This document shows positions 28,012 through 38,121 of a DNA stretch of 64,000 nt, one piece after another. A program made the translations under genes and the position numbers. Under the pieces are notes generated by a model. It was not told the DNA's origin, searched no databases, and saw nothing but the letters and a program-made list of their open reading frames with translations. Each line of letters opens with the position of its first letter. Position 1 is the first letter of the stretch. Source of the DNA: an uncultured virus (IMG/VR IMGVR_UViG_2671181139_000006) (Duplodnaviria > Heunggongvirae > Uroviricota > Caudoviricetes); the IMG/VR virus record IMGVR_UViG_2671181139_000006; one strand, 5' to 3'.

Positions 28012-30096
28012 ATGAGCGGAAGCAACTCTACAGTTTCTTTGACTTTGCAGATTAAAGGCCAGCAAGCTGCCCAAGAGATGAAACGCATCTCCGACCAGCA
28101 AATTCAAGCCACAACTAAAATTAATACGCAATGGACACAGGTTGCATCTGCTCAAGCTAAGTTTGTAAATACAGCTAAAGTTGGTACACGTGAGACTTTG
28201 AATACTGCCCGTGCCGGGGACCAGTTATTACGTACAAACAAGATGCTTGAGGGGGTTTTACGTCAACAATCAATTCAGACCAAACTTCAAAGCCAGCTTT
28301 TAAAACAACAGGTTGGTTCAGCACAACAGCTAGCAAACTGGTCAAAACAGGTTGAACAATCGAGTAAGCGTACACATCAATCAACCCAGCAAACAATGTC
28401 ATTGTGGCAAAAAGGATCAGCTATTGGTGGTGCTGTCATTGGGGCTGGCTATGCTCTACAGCAACCTATTAAACGGACTGTAGATTATGACCGTGATTTG
28501 CATTATGCAGCTCAAACATTTGCTGATCGTCCAGAAGATTGGGGGCCTGCTAAAAAATGGATTAATACAATTGTCACTGGCAATGCCATTAATGGTGGTG
28601 TTACTAGAAATGATGCATTTTTAGCAATGGAAACATTAATTGCTGATGGTTCATACTCTCAAGGTAATGATTTAAATAAAAATAAAGCGGCATTAGCAAA
28701 AGCTCACTATGATGCTGCTCGCGCTGCATTAGCATCTGGCGGTGAGATGCTGGATTTCGCTAACGTTGGATTGACAGCACGTAAACGTGGACTAGATGAA
28801 AAATATGTTCAAGCAATGGTTATCCAAGGCGATGCTGAAGGCAGCATGCGTGCAAAAGACCTTGCTAAAGTTATTAATCCCCAGTTAGGTCTGTTACCTA
28901 AAGACCCTGCAAATAATGCACGTTCTGTTGCCCAATTAGTGGCTTTAAATGAAGTAGCGATGACTACAGCTGGTGATGCTAATGATGCTGGTACTAACGT
29001 CAAAAATTTGATCAGTAAATTATCATCTAGTGATACAAGTAAGCGTTTAGCGAAAGAATATGATATCGATTTAGCAAAGCGTACAGCTTTGGATAAGGGA
29101 AAAGGAAAAACATCACTAGATACTTTTCTAGATATTGCTGAAGAAATTATTAGTAAAAATCCTGAAATGCAACGAGTTAAAGCTAATTTAGCAAAAGCGA
29201 AAAACAATCAAGAAACTCAGGCAATTTGGGAAAGCCAAAAAGGTGTTTTTGAACAGTCAGGTTTAGCTGAAATCATGCCTGATATGCAGTCCTTATTAGC
29301 TTTGGTTGCAGCGACTAACAATCGTAAACTGATGGAGCAAATTACTCAGAATGCATTGAATAAAGGCGTTGGAACATTAGACCTAAAAGCTAATTATAAT
29401 AAAACTGGATTAGCTTCTGTTGGTTTGAATGCATTTGATGTCACCAGACAAAATGCCGAGTATCAAACTTTACAAGATTCAACTAAGTTGCTTGGTGAAA
29501 TGGGCCAAAAAGTGGCTGAGGTCACTAACAAATACCCTGAATTGATTACTGCAATGGGTGCAACTGAATTAGCCCTCAAAGCTCTTGCCTTTACAGCTGG
29601 AGGCGCTGCATTGGCACAAATAGCAGCAAGCAAGAAAGTAGATATACCTTTATCTACTACCGCTAAAGGTGCAGCAACTAAGGCAGTTGGTGGCGTATCT
29701 GCTGTTGGAGGAGTTGCAGCTGCGTATGCTGGCTCACAATTAATTAAACCAATTGATGATGCAGGATATAACCTTGTCAGCGGGCTTTTAGCTAAAATTG
29801 GTATTGGTTCTGGTGGAGAAAGCCCAGACTTTGTGCAGCAAGCCATTGAGCAAAGCAAGGCACAGCAAGCTTCAGCTGAAGAAAAAAGCAATAAGTTGAT
29901 TGCTGAACAACAAAAACAAAATCAGTTGAGCCAAGATTTAATTAATAAAATGAATACTTTGATTGATGTCACTGGGCAAAACAAACCTACCATTAATTTT
30001 AGTGGTGGCCTATTAGGTGCAATTTCTGAAAATGCAGCAGCTCAAGAAAAACGCCATGGCGCTCCAAATGTACCTTTTTATTTGCAAAAACACTAA
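28012..30096 (+). CDS. Tape measure protein
   Basis: Long Ala/Gln/Gly-rich helical ORF after chaperone. Confidence 0.88.
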   Translation: MSGSNSTVSLTLQIKGQQAAQEMKRISDQQIQATTKINTQWTQVASAQAKFVNTAKVGTRETLNTARAGDQLLRTNKMLEGVLRQQSIQTKLQSQLLKQQVGSAQQLANWSKQVEQSSKRTHQSTQQTMSLWQKGSAIGGAVIGAGYALQQPIKRTVDYDRDLHYAAQTFADRPEDWGPAKKWINTIVTGNAINGGVTRNDAFLAMETLIADGSYSQGNDLNKNKAALAKAHYDAARAALASGGEMLDFANVGLTARKRGLDEKYVQAMVIQGDAEGSMRAKDLAKVINPQLGLLPKDPANNARSVAQLVALNEVAMTTAGDANDAGTNVKNLISKLSSSDTSKRLAKEYDIDLAKRTALDKGKGKTSLDTFLDIAEEIISKNPEMQRVKANLAKAKNNQETQAIWESQKGVFEQSGLAEIMPDMQSLLALVAATNNRKLMEQITQNALNKGVGTLDLKANYNKTGLASVGLNAFDVTRQNAEYQTLQDSTKLLGEMGQKVAEVTNKYPELITAMGATELALKALAFTAGGAALAQIAASKKVDIPLSTTAKGAATKAVGGVSAVGGVAAAYAGSQLIKPIDDAGYNLVSGLLAKIGIGSGGESPDFVQQAIEQSKAQQASAEEKSNKLIAEQQKQNQLSQDLINKMNTLIDVTGQNKPTINFSGGLLGAISENAAAQEKRHGAPNVPFYLQKH

Positions 30097-30101
30097 ATTG
30101 G

Positions 30102-30172
30102 GCGGAAGCCTTTCCGCCTGATATAAATCACTGATATTTCCCATTATAGCCTCACTAGATGTGAGGCTTTTT
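30102..30172 (+). promoter_or_regulatory. Late promoter 5 (-10 CATTAT; hairpin AGCCTCAC/GTGAGGCT + T-tract)
   Basis: Variant palindrome GCGGAAGCCTTTCCGC, same spacing. Confidence 0.8.
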
Positions 30173-30175
30173 GTT

Positions 30176-31351
30176 ATGGGTTGGGATACAGATTTACAGG
30201 ATGCAAGTTTTCGTGGTGTGCAGTTTGAGTGTACGTCCACAAAAGATGCTTCGTCCAAAACTCTTGCTATCAAACAAGCCCCATATTCTGATGAAGCTGA
30301 AATTGAAGACATGGGTAATGAACCACGTCGAATTTCCATTCAAGCGGTTTATACCGGGTCTGATTATTTAACTTGGGTTAATGCTTTAGAAGCAGCATTA
30401 AGTGCGACTGGTCCGGGTGAACTCATACATCCTGTCTTTGGTGTACAGCAAGTTCAAGTTGTTAATCATGAAATTGATCATGAGGCAACAACACCTGACT
30501 TCTGTACGATGTCCATTGAGTTTATCAAGGCAAAACCTGAAAAGCGTGAGCTGTTTGTACCTGTTGCTGTTCCTGAGAAAATTGCCACTACAACCATTAT
30601 TGATGCTCCAGCTTCAGCATTGGAAAGTGCCTTAGAAAAACTCAAAATTGCAGACAGCGATAAATTATTTAGCACAGTCAATACGATCCGCAACGGTATC
30701 GATCAGGCACGTACATATTTAGGTGTTGCAAAACAAGCAATTGAAGATGTTTTATCACCTGCTGACTGGATTGATGGACTCGTTGATGACGTCACTAAAC
30801 TGGTGACCTTTGATACCAATATTTCGGCTTTATCGAAATGGCGTGATGTGGTTCATCGTGTTGAGCGTTTTGAAAACCTTTTTCAAAATGATGATGATTC
30901 TCCAGAATTGCAACGAGTTTGGCGCTCAACACATGCTGCTAGTCAAGTCGCAATTGCACAGCAAGTTGTGGCAACTACACGTACAGAAATGGCAAACAAT
31001 CAAGAAATCAGCTTTACACCAGTTGATTTGGCACTTATACGTAAAAAAACACGAGAAGTACTTCAGCAAGCTATCCGTGAAGAACGTGCCATTAATACCT
31101 TTGAAAGCATCACACAAATACAGGTTTACAAAGACGTTGCTGCTCAAATTCAGGATCAAATCCAAGAACTCATTGAAACACGTCCACCAATTACAAAAAC
31201 TCAAATTCCAGTGCCTTGCACCTTGCATTGGTTGGCTCATTACCTATATGGCGATAGGCATCGTGCAGACGAAATTCGACGTTTAAACCCTGATTTAGTG
31301 AACCCTGCTGCGTTGCAGGTTGGCATGGAGCTAACCATCTATGCAAGATAA
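30176..31351 (+). CDS. DNA circularisation protein (Mu gpN)
   Basis: W..LQDASFRGV.F, GPGELIHPVFG, YGD..RADEIRRLNP; ATG 30176. Confidence 0.9.
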   Translation: MGWDTDLQDASFRGVQFECTSTKDASSKTLAIKQAPYSDEAEIEDMGNEPRRISIQAVYTGSDYLTWVNALEAALSATGPGELIHPVFGVQQVQVVNHEIDHEATTPDFCTMSIEFIKAKPEKRELFVPVAVPEKIATTTIIDAPASALESALEKLKIADSDKLFSTVNTIRNGIDQARTYLGVAKQAIEDVLSPADWIDGLVDDVTKLVTFDTNISALSKWRDVVHRVERFENLFQNDDDSPELQRVWRSTHAASQVAIAQQVVATTRTEMANNQEISFTPVDLALIRKKTREVLQQAIREERAINTFESITQIQVYKDVAAQIQDQIQELIETRPPITKTQIPVPCTLHWLAHYLYGDRHRADEIRRLNPDLVNPAALQVGMELTIYAR

Positions 31352-32396
31352 TCTTGGTAATGAAATTCGCCTAGTGATTGCTGGCCTTGAAGCTAAAGGC
31401 TGGGATCAGATTGAAATTGATAGCCAAATTGATACACCTGCCGAAAACTGGAGCTTTACGCTATTTGAAACAGGCGCACAAGCCCTAAATCCAGCCATTA
31501 AAGGTAGCGCAAAAGTACAAGCATATTATTCAAATCAAATTATTTTAACAGCTGTTGCTGATCGTATTTCTGAAGCTGTAAGCCGTGATGGCTATGGCCT
31601 ACAGGTTTCAGGCCGTGACCTCGTTGGTCAGTTGATTGATTGTTCTGTGCCGATTTTCAATGGCCGCCAAATCACACTTGAAGAGTTGGTAGGACGCTAC
31701 ATTTTAGGTGGTGACTTGGGTTCACTATTTCATGATGTTCGCATTCAAAATAATGCTTGGCTGAAGAATAAGGTGTCTGTTGAACCGGGTGAGTCATTGT
31801 GGGATTCATTGACCAAGGCAGCTCAAATCACTGGACAACATGTCTGGCTTGATCCAGATGGAACGTTACAAATCGGTGATCCATTTGCTAATCCTTATCA
31901 TGTGAAAACCCCATTGCGCTTGATGCGCCCTTTAAACAACAGCAATAACGTTTTAAGTCTTCAGTATGACAACGATGTGTCTAATGTTTTTAGTCATATC
32001 AAAGTTTTGAGCCAAGATGGCAACGCAAACTCAATCTTGTCTGAAACCACAGCACAAACACAGTACGCATATAACCGCGTGAAAATAGTCACTTTGGGCG
32101 ATGTGGAAACTGAAGCTGAAGCAAATGCAGCCTTAGAAAAAATCAAAAAAGACAACGATCTTGAAGCCCATACGCTGACTGCAACGGTTTCAGGCTGGAT
32201 GATCGATGGGAAGCTTTGGTCCACGGGCTGGTACATCAATTTAGAAACCAATGTTTTATCAAGAGCGACAGCCAAATGGGCTGTTTATGGTCGCACGTTT
32301 CAGCTTGACCGTAAGAATGGCAAAACAACAAAACTTCTTCTGAAACGTCAGGGTGATTGGGCAAATCCATTGGTACTGAAGGAGAAAAAATCATGA
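31341..32396 (+). CDS. Baseplate hub (Mu gpP/gp44)
   Basis: VSGRD..LIDCS, VEPGES.W. Confidence 0.88.
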   Translation: MQDNLGNEIRLVIAGLEAKGWDQIEIDSQIDTPAENWSFTLFETGAQALNPAIKGSAKVQAYYSNQIILTAVADRISEAVSRDGYGLQVSGRDLVGQLIDCSVPIFNGRQITLEELVGRYILGGDLGSLFHDVRIQNNAWLKNKVSVEPGESLWDSLTKAAQITGQHVWLDPDGTLQIGDPFANPYHVKTPLRLMRPLNNSNNVLSLQYDNDVSNVFSHIKVLSQDGNANSILSETTAQTQYAYNRVKIVTLGDVETEAEANAALEKIKKDNDLEAHTLTATVSGWMIDGKLWSTGWYINLETNVLSRATAKWAVYGRTFQLDRKNGKTTKLLLKRQGDWANPLVLKEKKS

Positions 32397-32878
32397 TGAA
32401 AGCTGTGGCAGCTCAGATAAACAAAGCAATGAAACAAATCCGACAACCATTGTTCGCCCTGGTCGCACGTGGTGGCTCAAAAGTATTGCAATTAAAGGGC
32501 TTTGCTGATGAAACCTTGCAAGAAGTAGAGCTTTTTCAGCAAGTCGGCTTTAACTCTCACATCCCTGAAGGCGCTCGTGTCGTTGTGATTCCCTTACATG
32601 GGAAGACTTCCCGTTCAATAGTCGTTGCAACGACAGGTGGAGCTGTTGTTGTCAACGTGGATGAGGGTGAAACAGTAGTTTATGACCAGTTCGGGCACAG
32701 TCTTTTGCTTAAAGAAGATGGCACGCATATCACTGCTGGTGACCTTTTTGTTGATGACGGTGATTTACATGTGACGAATGGTCAAGTCTTTGACAAGAAA
32801 GGCTCAATGCAAGAAATGCGCGAAATTTATAACCAACATAAAAACGGTAATACACCGACTCCACTTCCACAAATGTAG
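32393..32878 (+). CDS. Baseplate spike (Mu gp45 / gpV)
   Basis: E.FQQVGF.S..PEGA, GETVVYD..G, MREIYNQH. Confidence 0.88.
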   Translation: MMKAVAAQINKAMKQIRQPLFALVARGGSKVLQLKGFADETLQEVELFQQVGFNSHIPEGARVVVIPLHGKTSRSIVVATTGGAVVVNVDEGETVVYDQFGHSLLLKEDGTHITAGDLFVDDGDLHVTNGQVFDKKGSMQEMREIYNQHKNGNTPTPLPQM

Positions 32879-32885
32879 GTGAATC

Positions 32886-33248
32886 ATGGCGAATATTGAT
32901 TTAAAAACGAAAGATTATGTGTTGATGAGCCTTGATGCTGCATTTAGCAAAGATGAGGTTCAAGCAATTTGTCAGAGGTTAAATATTCATCGACGCAAGT
33001 ATTGGGCAAATCCTAATCTTGGCAGCCGTTTTTATACCTTGAGACGCTCAAAAGATGTTTCGCGTACTATTCAAACAGTTAAACAATATGCTGAAGAAGC
33101 CTTGGAAGGCTTAGTACCGAATCGTTTTGCTTCAATTTTGGTAAATGCTATTCAGACAGTTAAAAGTCAGGTGGACCTAAATATTGAAGTTACACAGCTG
33201 TCAGGTCAAAAACAAACAATTCTTTATTTTGTTAAGGTTGGAGGCTAA
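32886..33248 (+). CDS. Baseplate wedge (Mu gp46)
   Basis: YWANPNLGSR..L.RSK, QYAEEAL. Confidence 0.85.
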   Translation: MANIDLKTKDYVLMSLDAAFSKDEVQAICQRLNIHRRKYWANPNLGSRFYTLRRSKDVSRTIQTVKQYAEEALEGLVPNRFASILVNAIQTVKSQVDLNIEVTQLSGQKQTILYFVKVGG

Positions 33249-33251
33249 ACA

Positions 33252-34298
33252 ATGGCATATCCGATCAAGACATTTGACCAATTGCGCTCTGATATCATCC
33301 AAGAAATCCAGAATTTAACTGGATTAACACTAGATGATGAAGATGATGCAGCCATTCGCGCAGATGGTGAAGCTGCTGTAGTTGAGGGCCTTTATCATCA
33401 TCAAAGTTATATTCAAAAACAGCTTTTTGTTGCTACAGCTGATGAGCCTTTCCTTTATATACATGCAAAACGTTTGGAATGTCCACGTAATGGAGGCTCT
33501 AAGGCTTCAGGTCGTGTCATAGCCACATCAAATACTGCTGTAACCGTACCAGCTGGCACGAAAGTCACAGATGGCAAAGGGTATTACTGGCTAACTTTAT
33601 ATAAAGAGACACTTACAGCAAATAAGCCCAAAGAAATCCAAGTCATTGCTGAGTTTGAGGGTGTGAGCTGGAATTTCAACGGTGAGCAGCTGCTTTGGGT
33701 TAGCCCTTTACCCGGTGTTGCCGCTCAAGTGGATGTTGTTGAAATATCAGCGGGTGTTGATGTTGAAGACATTGAAGCTTGGCGTCAGCGTATGATGAAT
33801 AAAGAGGCTTTAGGTCTTGTACGTGACCGTCAGGCTGACCTTGAACGTATTGTGAAAGATGTGCCGGGTGTTGCTGATGTTTTTATTTTTCCCAAACGTC
33901 GTGGCCTTGGCTCTTTAGATGTCGCAATCACAGCAGCTGGCAATCCTCCTAACTCTCCAAGCTCTGCACTTTTAGCTTTAGTACAAACGGCTTTAGATGA
34001 TTATTCAGGTTTTTGGGGTGATGTAAGAGCCTATCCACCAACCAAGGAATATTTGAATATCACTGCTGTATTTACTGGCTCTGTAAGCGAAACAGAGGTT
34101 GAAAAAGTCATTCGTGACTATGTTGGTTTACTAAAGCCGGGTGAAACTTATGTTGCTTCAACACTAGTTAGTCGAATCAAAGATTTGCAAGGTCTAACAG
34201 ACATTCAGCTTACACCCGGAGTAAATCAAACACCTACTTTGAGCGTATTTACTACTGGTTGGCTCCGGATCGGCACACTCGCGGTGAACCCATCATGA
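33252..34298 (+). CDS. Baseplate J-like protein (Mu gp47)
   Basis: G.DVE..E.WR.R, VPGV..V..P.RRGLGS.DV. Confidence 0.88.
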   Translation: MAYPIKTFDQLRSDIIQEIQNLTGLTLDDEDDAAIRADGEAAVVEGLYHHQSYIQKQLFVATADEPFLYIHAKRLECPRNGGSKASGRVIATSNTAVTVPAGTKVTDGKGYYWLTLYKETLTANKPKEIQVIAEFEGVSWNFNGEQLLWVSPLPGVAAQVDVVEISAGVDVEDIEAWRQRMMNKEALGLVRDRQADLERIVKDVPGVADVFIFPKRRGLGSLDVAITAAGNPPNSPSSALLALVQTALDDYSGFWGDVRAYPPTKEYLNITAVFTGSVSETEVEKVIRDYVGLLKPGETYVASTLVSRIKDLQGLTDIQLTPGVNQTPTLSVFTTGWLRIGTLAVNPS

Positions 34299-34834
34299 CA
34301 TTTGATCAAACAGTAGAGCTTTATGCTTCAGTACTTCGTCAATTGCTGCCAGCTGGCGGTTATGACACTTCACCTAAAAGTGTTGTCGCAAAAGATGTAT
34401 ACGCTCATGCAAAAGTACTTGCACAAGCTGATGTTGATGCAAAGCGTATTTTGACTACGTTGGAACGTATTCCTGAAGAATTAATTAGTGAGTATGAAGC
34501 TGCTTATGGCCTTCCACTGAAGTGTTCCGTGAATACAACAAAAACTATTGAAGAACGTCTTCAGATCATCAAGTGGGTTCAAGAGACAAAGAATGTTTTA
34601 AACCGTACTTATCTTGAGCAGGTTTTAGCGATGTTTGGCGTTGAGTTAATTGATCTTGTGAGATTTACGCCAATCCAATGTACAGCTCCGTGTACTTCGC
34701 CAGTTAATACAGAAAGCCTTCGCTATAAAGTCAAATTAATTCTAAAAGCTCCAGTGCAAGCAGATATGGCTTGCATCATTAATAACTATTTACCTGCTTA
34801 TGTGCGTTATGACATTGTTGAGGAACAAGTATGA
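34295..34834 (+). CDS. Baseplate protein (Mu gp48/YmfQ-like)
   Basis: LRQLLP.G, E.E..YGLP, C..PC. Confidence 0.82.
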   Translation: MTFDQTVELYASVLRQLLPAGGYDTSPKSVVAKDVYAHAKVLAQADVDAKRILTTLERIPEELISEYEAAYGLPLKCSVNTTKTIEERLQIIKWVQETKNVLNRTYLEQVLAMFGVELIDLVRFTPIQCTAPCTSPVNTESLRYKVKLILKAPVQADMACIINNYLPAYVRYDIVEEQV

Positions 34835-36363
34835 AACGAATTGATAGTGCAAATGCACGCCCAGACATGTTTGGTGTCGGAAAAAGTGGCTTTCATGCCA
34901 ATGATGATGTTCCCGGACAAGATGCAACTTATCTCACTCCAGAATTTCTAAATATGATTCAAGAAGAAATTGCAAATTTACTGGAACTCAGAGGTATTAC
35001 TTTAGATCCAGAAAAACGTCGTCAACTCTTTGATGCTTTAGCAGGTAAAGATGATCTAGACGCTGCATTGGATATTGTTCAGTCAATCATTGATAACGAG
35101 CGTAATGTACGTATTAAAGCCGACCAAGATCACTTGGATGCTTTAAATCCTCATCCGCAATATGTAATGCGCAAAGACTTTAGATTGCTTTACAGAACAT
35201 TAACCCCTGAAACAACCGTAAATCCAAAGATTTATACAGATGATCCTCAGAACTGGCAGGTTAAGCATACTGTAGAGAATATTAGTGCTCATATCATGCC
35301 GAATGGTGTGATAAAGCAGACTGTGAAGGTACGAACTGTTTATGGTGACTATAACGCTCAAGTTTATTTGCCAATTGGCTTATCTAATATTTTAAATGTA
35401 TCCGCGCTCTATCAAGGCCAAAGAGAGAATAATGATGCTGAAGATGACTCGAATATTCGCTTATTAGACATCTATAATGAAATAGTTCCAGTAGAAGACG
35501 GACTTCAGGAATGTAGAACTGTCATCAATTTTCGCTTTGACTACGTAAGTCCCAATACACCGGGTCAACGTGAACGTTTTGCATATTTAGAGATTACTGG
35601 ATTTGGTGCTTCAAATACTGATCTTGAGAACCTAAATAGCTATCCATATCCTTATTACAAGAACCAAAACGATCTAGATGGTCAGGTTGTTTATATCGAT
35701 CAGAATTTATCTAATGTAAGTCTGCTTGATTTATTCATTCAGACCTACGGTGCTCCAACAGCAGCTACACGCGCCATTTTCGTTATTGCTTCAGGTGTCA
35801 CACTTGTTGCGGTGACTTCTGGTAATTGGTTAGCTGGTTCAAGTCGTCAAATAATTAACTATGGCAATATCTTTGGTACGGGTGGTTCTGGTGGTTACTA
35901 TGATGCTGATGTAGCTATGGTTGGTGATGGTGGTACAGCTATCATTGCACAGAATGCTAGTAGCTTTATTGATGTACGTAACTATGGTTTGATTGCAGGC
36001 GGTGGCGGTGGCGGCGCAGCTGGTAAATCTGAGTATTCAATTAGTGGTCAAGAATACTATGCTGTTGGTGCAGGTGGTGGCGGTATTCCTTCAGGCACTG
36101 GTGGTAGCAACATCAACCAGACAGCACCTGCTGGCAAAACCCTTGTAAATCTTGCTGGAACAGCGGCAACCTTATCAGTTGTGGGCAATGGTGCTGATGG
36201 AACAGGTTTAGCAGCTGGTGACGGTGGTAATGTTGGTGAGAATGGTAAAGCTAGTGAATCAACCCTTGGAAATGGTGTTGCTGGTTTAGCTGGACTCATT
36301 TACCAAGGCAATGTCACAATCACAAATATTGGTGGTGGACAGCTGAAAGGTAGAACACCTTAA
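34831..36363 (+). CDS. Tail fibre with gp38-like glycine-rich adhesin C-terminus
   Basis: MKRID..GK.GF..AT....LNMIQEEI N-terminus, NPHPQY, polyglycine motifs. Confidence 0.85.
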   Translation: MKRIDSANARPDMFGVGKSGFHANDDVPGQDATYLTPEFLNMIQEEIANLLELRGITLDPEKRRQLFDALAGKDDLDAALDIVQSIIDNERNVRIKADQDHLDALNPHPQYVMRKDFRLLYRTLTPETTVNPKIYTDDPQNWQVKHTVENISAHIMPNGVIKQTVKVRTVYGDYNAQVYLPIGLSNILNVSALYQGQRENNDAEDDSNIRLLDIYNEIVPVEDGLQECRTVINFRFDYVSPNTPGQRERFAYLEITGFGASNTDLENLNSYPYPYYKNQNDLDGQVVYIDQNLSNVSLLDLFIQTYGAPTAATRAIFVIASGVTLVAVTSGNWLAGSSRQIINYGNIFGTGGSGGYYDADVAMVGDGGTAIIAQNASSFIDVRNYGLIAGGGGGGAAGKSEYSISGQEYYAVGAGGGGIPSGTGGSNINQTAPAGKTLVNLAGTAATLSVVGNGADGTGLAAGDGGNVGENGKASESTLGNGVAGLAGLIYQGNVTITNIGGGQLKGRTP

Positions 36364-36399
36364 AAGTGAAATTGTTTTGCATGATGTGCAACGAAATGA

Positions 36400-36447
36400 T
36401 TAGGCAATTATCTCAAAAAAATGCTGAAATTATCTCGTCGCGCATCA
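36400..36447. repeat. Candidate prophage right end: AATTATCTC x2 (22-bp period) and terminal CA
   Basis: Repeats at 36406-36414 and 36428-36436; ...GCGCATCA at 36447. Confidence 0.6.
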
Positions 36448-36559
36448 ATTTTTAAAATAAATTAACGTTCTCGCTACTCTCAGGCCTCACTTCATGTTTT
36501 AAAGTGGGTAGCCAACTGTTAACATTCTTGATTACTCGTGATTGATTAAAGGGCCAGTT

Positions 36560-37246
36560 ATGCAAACCATTATTTTAGATACAGAAACACATACACTAAA
36601 TGGTTTGCCAATTGAAATTGCGTATGCCCCGATTGAGATTAATGCAGGCAAGCTCACCTTAGATAAAAGCAAATTATTTGATCAACTTTATCAGGTTGGT
36701 ACACCTATCTCTTACGCGGCTATGGCAGTACACCATATATTAGAGTCAGATTTAGAAAACCAGCCCCACTATAAAACTTTTAAATTGCCAGAGACTACCA
36801 CTTATATTATTGGTCACAATATTGATTACGATATTGCCGCGATTGCTCGTTGTGGTGTGGATGTGTCGAATATCAAACCGATTTGTACACTAGCTTTAGC
36901 GCGCAAAACTTGGCCTGATGCAGAAGCGCATAATATTTCTGCACTCATCTATATGATTTCTCAAGGCAGCAGTAAAGCTCGAGAATTGCTCAAAGGCGCA
37001 CACCGTGCCGATGCAGATATTATTTTGACTGCTAATATTTTGATGCATATTGTCTATCATTTAAATATTCAAGACATTGAAGAGCTTTACCGAGTTTCTG
37101 AAGAAGCACGTATCCCTACGACTATTAATTTTGGTAAGCATAAAGGCACAGCAATTGCTGAACTTCCTAAAGACTATATTCAATGGTTATTACGCCAAGA
37201 TGAACTTGACGTCTATTTACGTAAAGCGTTAGAAGGCGCATTTTAA
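36560..37246 (+). CDS. Host DEDDh 3'-5' exonuclease (ExoX-like, C-terminal FGKHKG domain)
   Basis: ILDTET, GHNIDYD, AHRADAD, FGKHKG..Y.QWL. Confidence 0.88.
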   Translation: MQTIILDTETHTLNGLPIEIAYAPIEINAGKLTLDKSKLFDQLYQVGTPISYAAMAVHHILESDLENQPHYKTFKLPETTTYIIGHNIDYDIAAIARCGVDVSNIKPICTLALARKTWPDAEAHNISALIYMISQGSSKARELLKGAHRADADIILTANILMHIVYHLNIQDIEELYRVSEEARIPTTINFGKHKGTAIAELPKDYIQWLLRQDELDVYLRKALEGAF

Positions 37247-37390
37247 AGTCTTAAATAGATGATATTCATCAATTCTTCATCATATTGTCATTCTTGAGTT
37301 TTATGGTTAACCCCATTTATATTTTATTAAAAACAGTACTGTTCAACTGAGAAAATTGAACAGTCTGATTTATTTTTTATTTGGGGAAAA

Positions 37391-38020
37391 ATGATGGCTG
37401 GTTTTTATCGAACCAATTTAGGAAGAGTCGCGCTTCAACAACGCAACATTACTTTAAATGCAAAACAAAGACGTTTACTGCTATTAATAGATCACGAAGA
37501 TTTTCAAAATTTAAATAGCGAATTTAAAAAACGTATTGCATCTCCAGAGCTTATTCAACAGCTTATCGACTTAAAACTCATTGCTCCTTCTGGCGAAAAT
37601 TATTCAGAATTAAATGAACAAATATCTTTCCCACAATCATCCGTAACTGCAATAGAAGCTCATCAAAAAAATACTATTGATGATAATAAAAGTGGCGATA
37701 TAGTTGGAGAAATTCAGGTTACTCAATCATCATCTTTTCAACTTTCACCTACTGAAATTACCCAGCCACCAATTCGAGTTCAACAGCTCTCTTTTGAAGA
37801 AATACAACAGTTGATGAAGCAAACCTTGAGTCAATATTGTGGGCTTATGGCAAAACCACTTATTCAGAAAATAGAGCAAATAAAAACGCTTCAAGAGCTT
37901 AAAGTGTGCCAAATGCAATGGATTACCAGCTTACAGGAGTCGCGTATTCCCTCTAATGAACTAGCACATACGCTTCATTCTATTAATTATTCAATTCAAT
38001 TTATTCAACAACGCATCTAA
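37391..38020 (+). CDS. Host hypothetical protein
   Basis: Long ORF between exonuclease and tRNA. Confidence 0.75.
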   Translation: MMAGFYRTNLGRVALQQRNITLNAKQRRLLLLIDHEDFQNLNSEFKKRIASPELIQQLIDLKLIAPSGENYSELNEQISFPQSSVTAIEAHQKNTIDDNKSGDIVGEIQVTQSSSFQLSPTEITQPPIRVQQLSFEEIQQLMKQTLSQYCGLMAKPLIQKIEQIKTLQELKVCQMQWITSLQESRIPSNELAHTLHSINYSIQFIQQRI

Positions 38021-38077
38021 AAAACAACAAGCTGCTGTTTAATTAAGCATTAAACTCACTTGTTACCTATTTCGTGC

Positions 38078-38106
38078 TTTACCTATTGGTGTTTTTTTCC
38101 TATGAT
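38078..38106 (+). promoter_or_regulatory. tRNA promoter TTTACC-17 bp-TATGAT
   Basis: Sigma70-like spacing, GC-rich discriminator. Confidence 0.5.
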
Positions 38107-38121
38107 GTGGCCCACACATGT

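Larger units (their letters stand above)
1..36447. mobile_element. Transposable Mu-like prophage (B3/BcepMu-type organisation, contractile tail); left end outside window
   Basis: DDE transposase + AAA ATPase, Mor, GemA and Mu-type head/tail gene order; candidate ...CA end near 36447 followed by host-like genes. Confidence 0.95.

Noticed and set aside
11726..30117. Palindromic repeat as CRISPR or REP element
   Set aside because: Copies are kilobases apart, one per operon start, with fixed spacing to -10 boxes; no spacers or cas genes
14540..33450. Other CTGATGA matches as hammerheads
   Set aside because: Those noticed lie inside CDSs and lack flanking stems and GAAAC
34831..36447. Gin-type invertible segment, mom or DGR
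   Set aside because: No invertase, reverse transcriptase, inverted repeats or template/variable repeat pair seen
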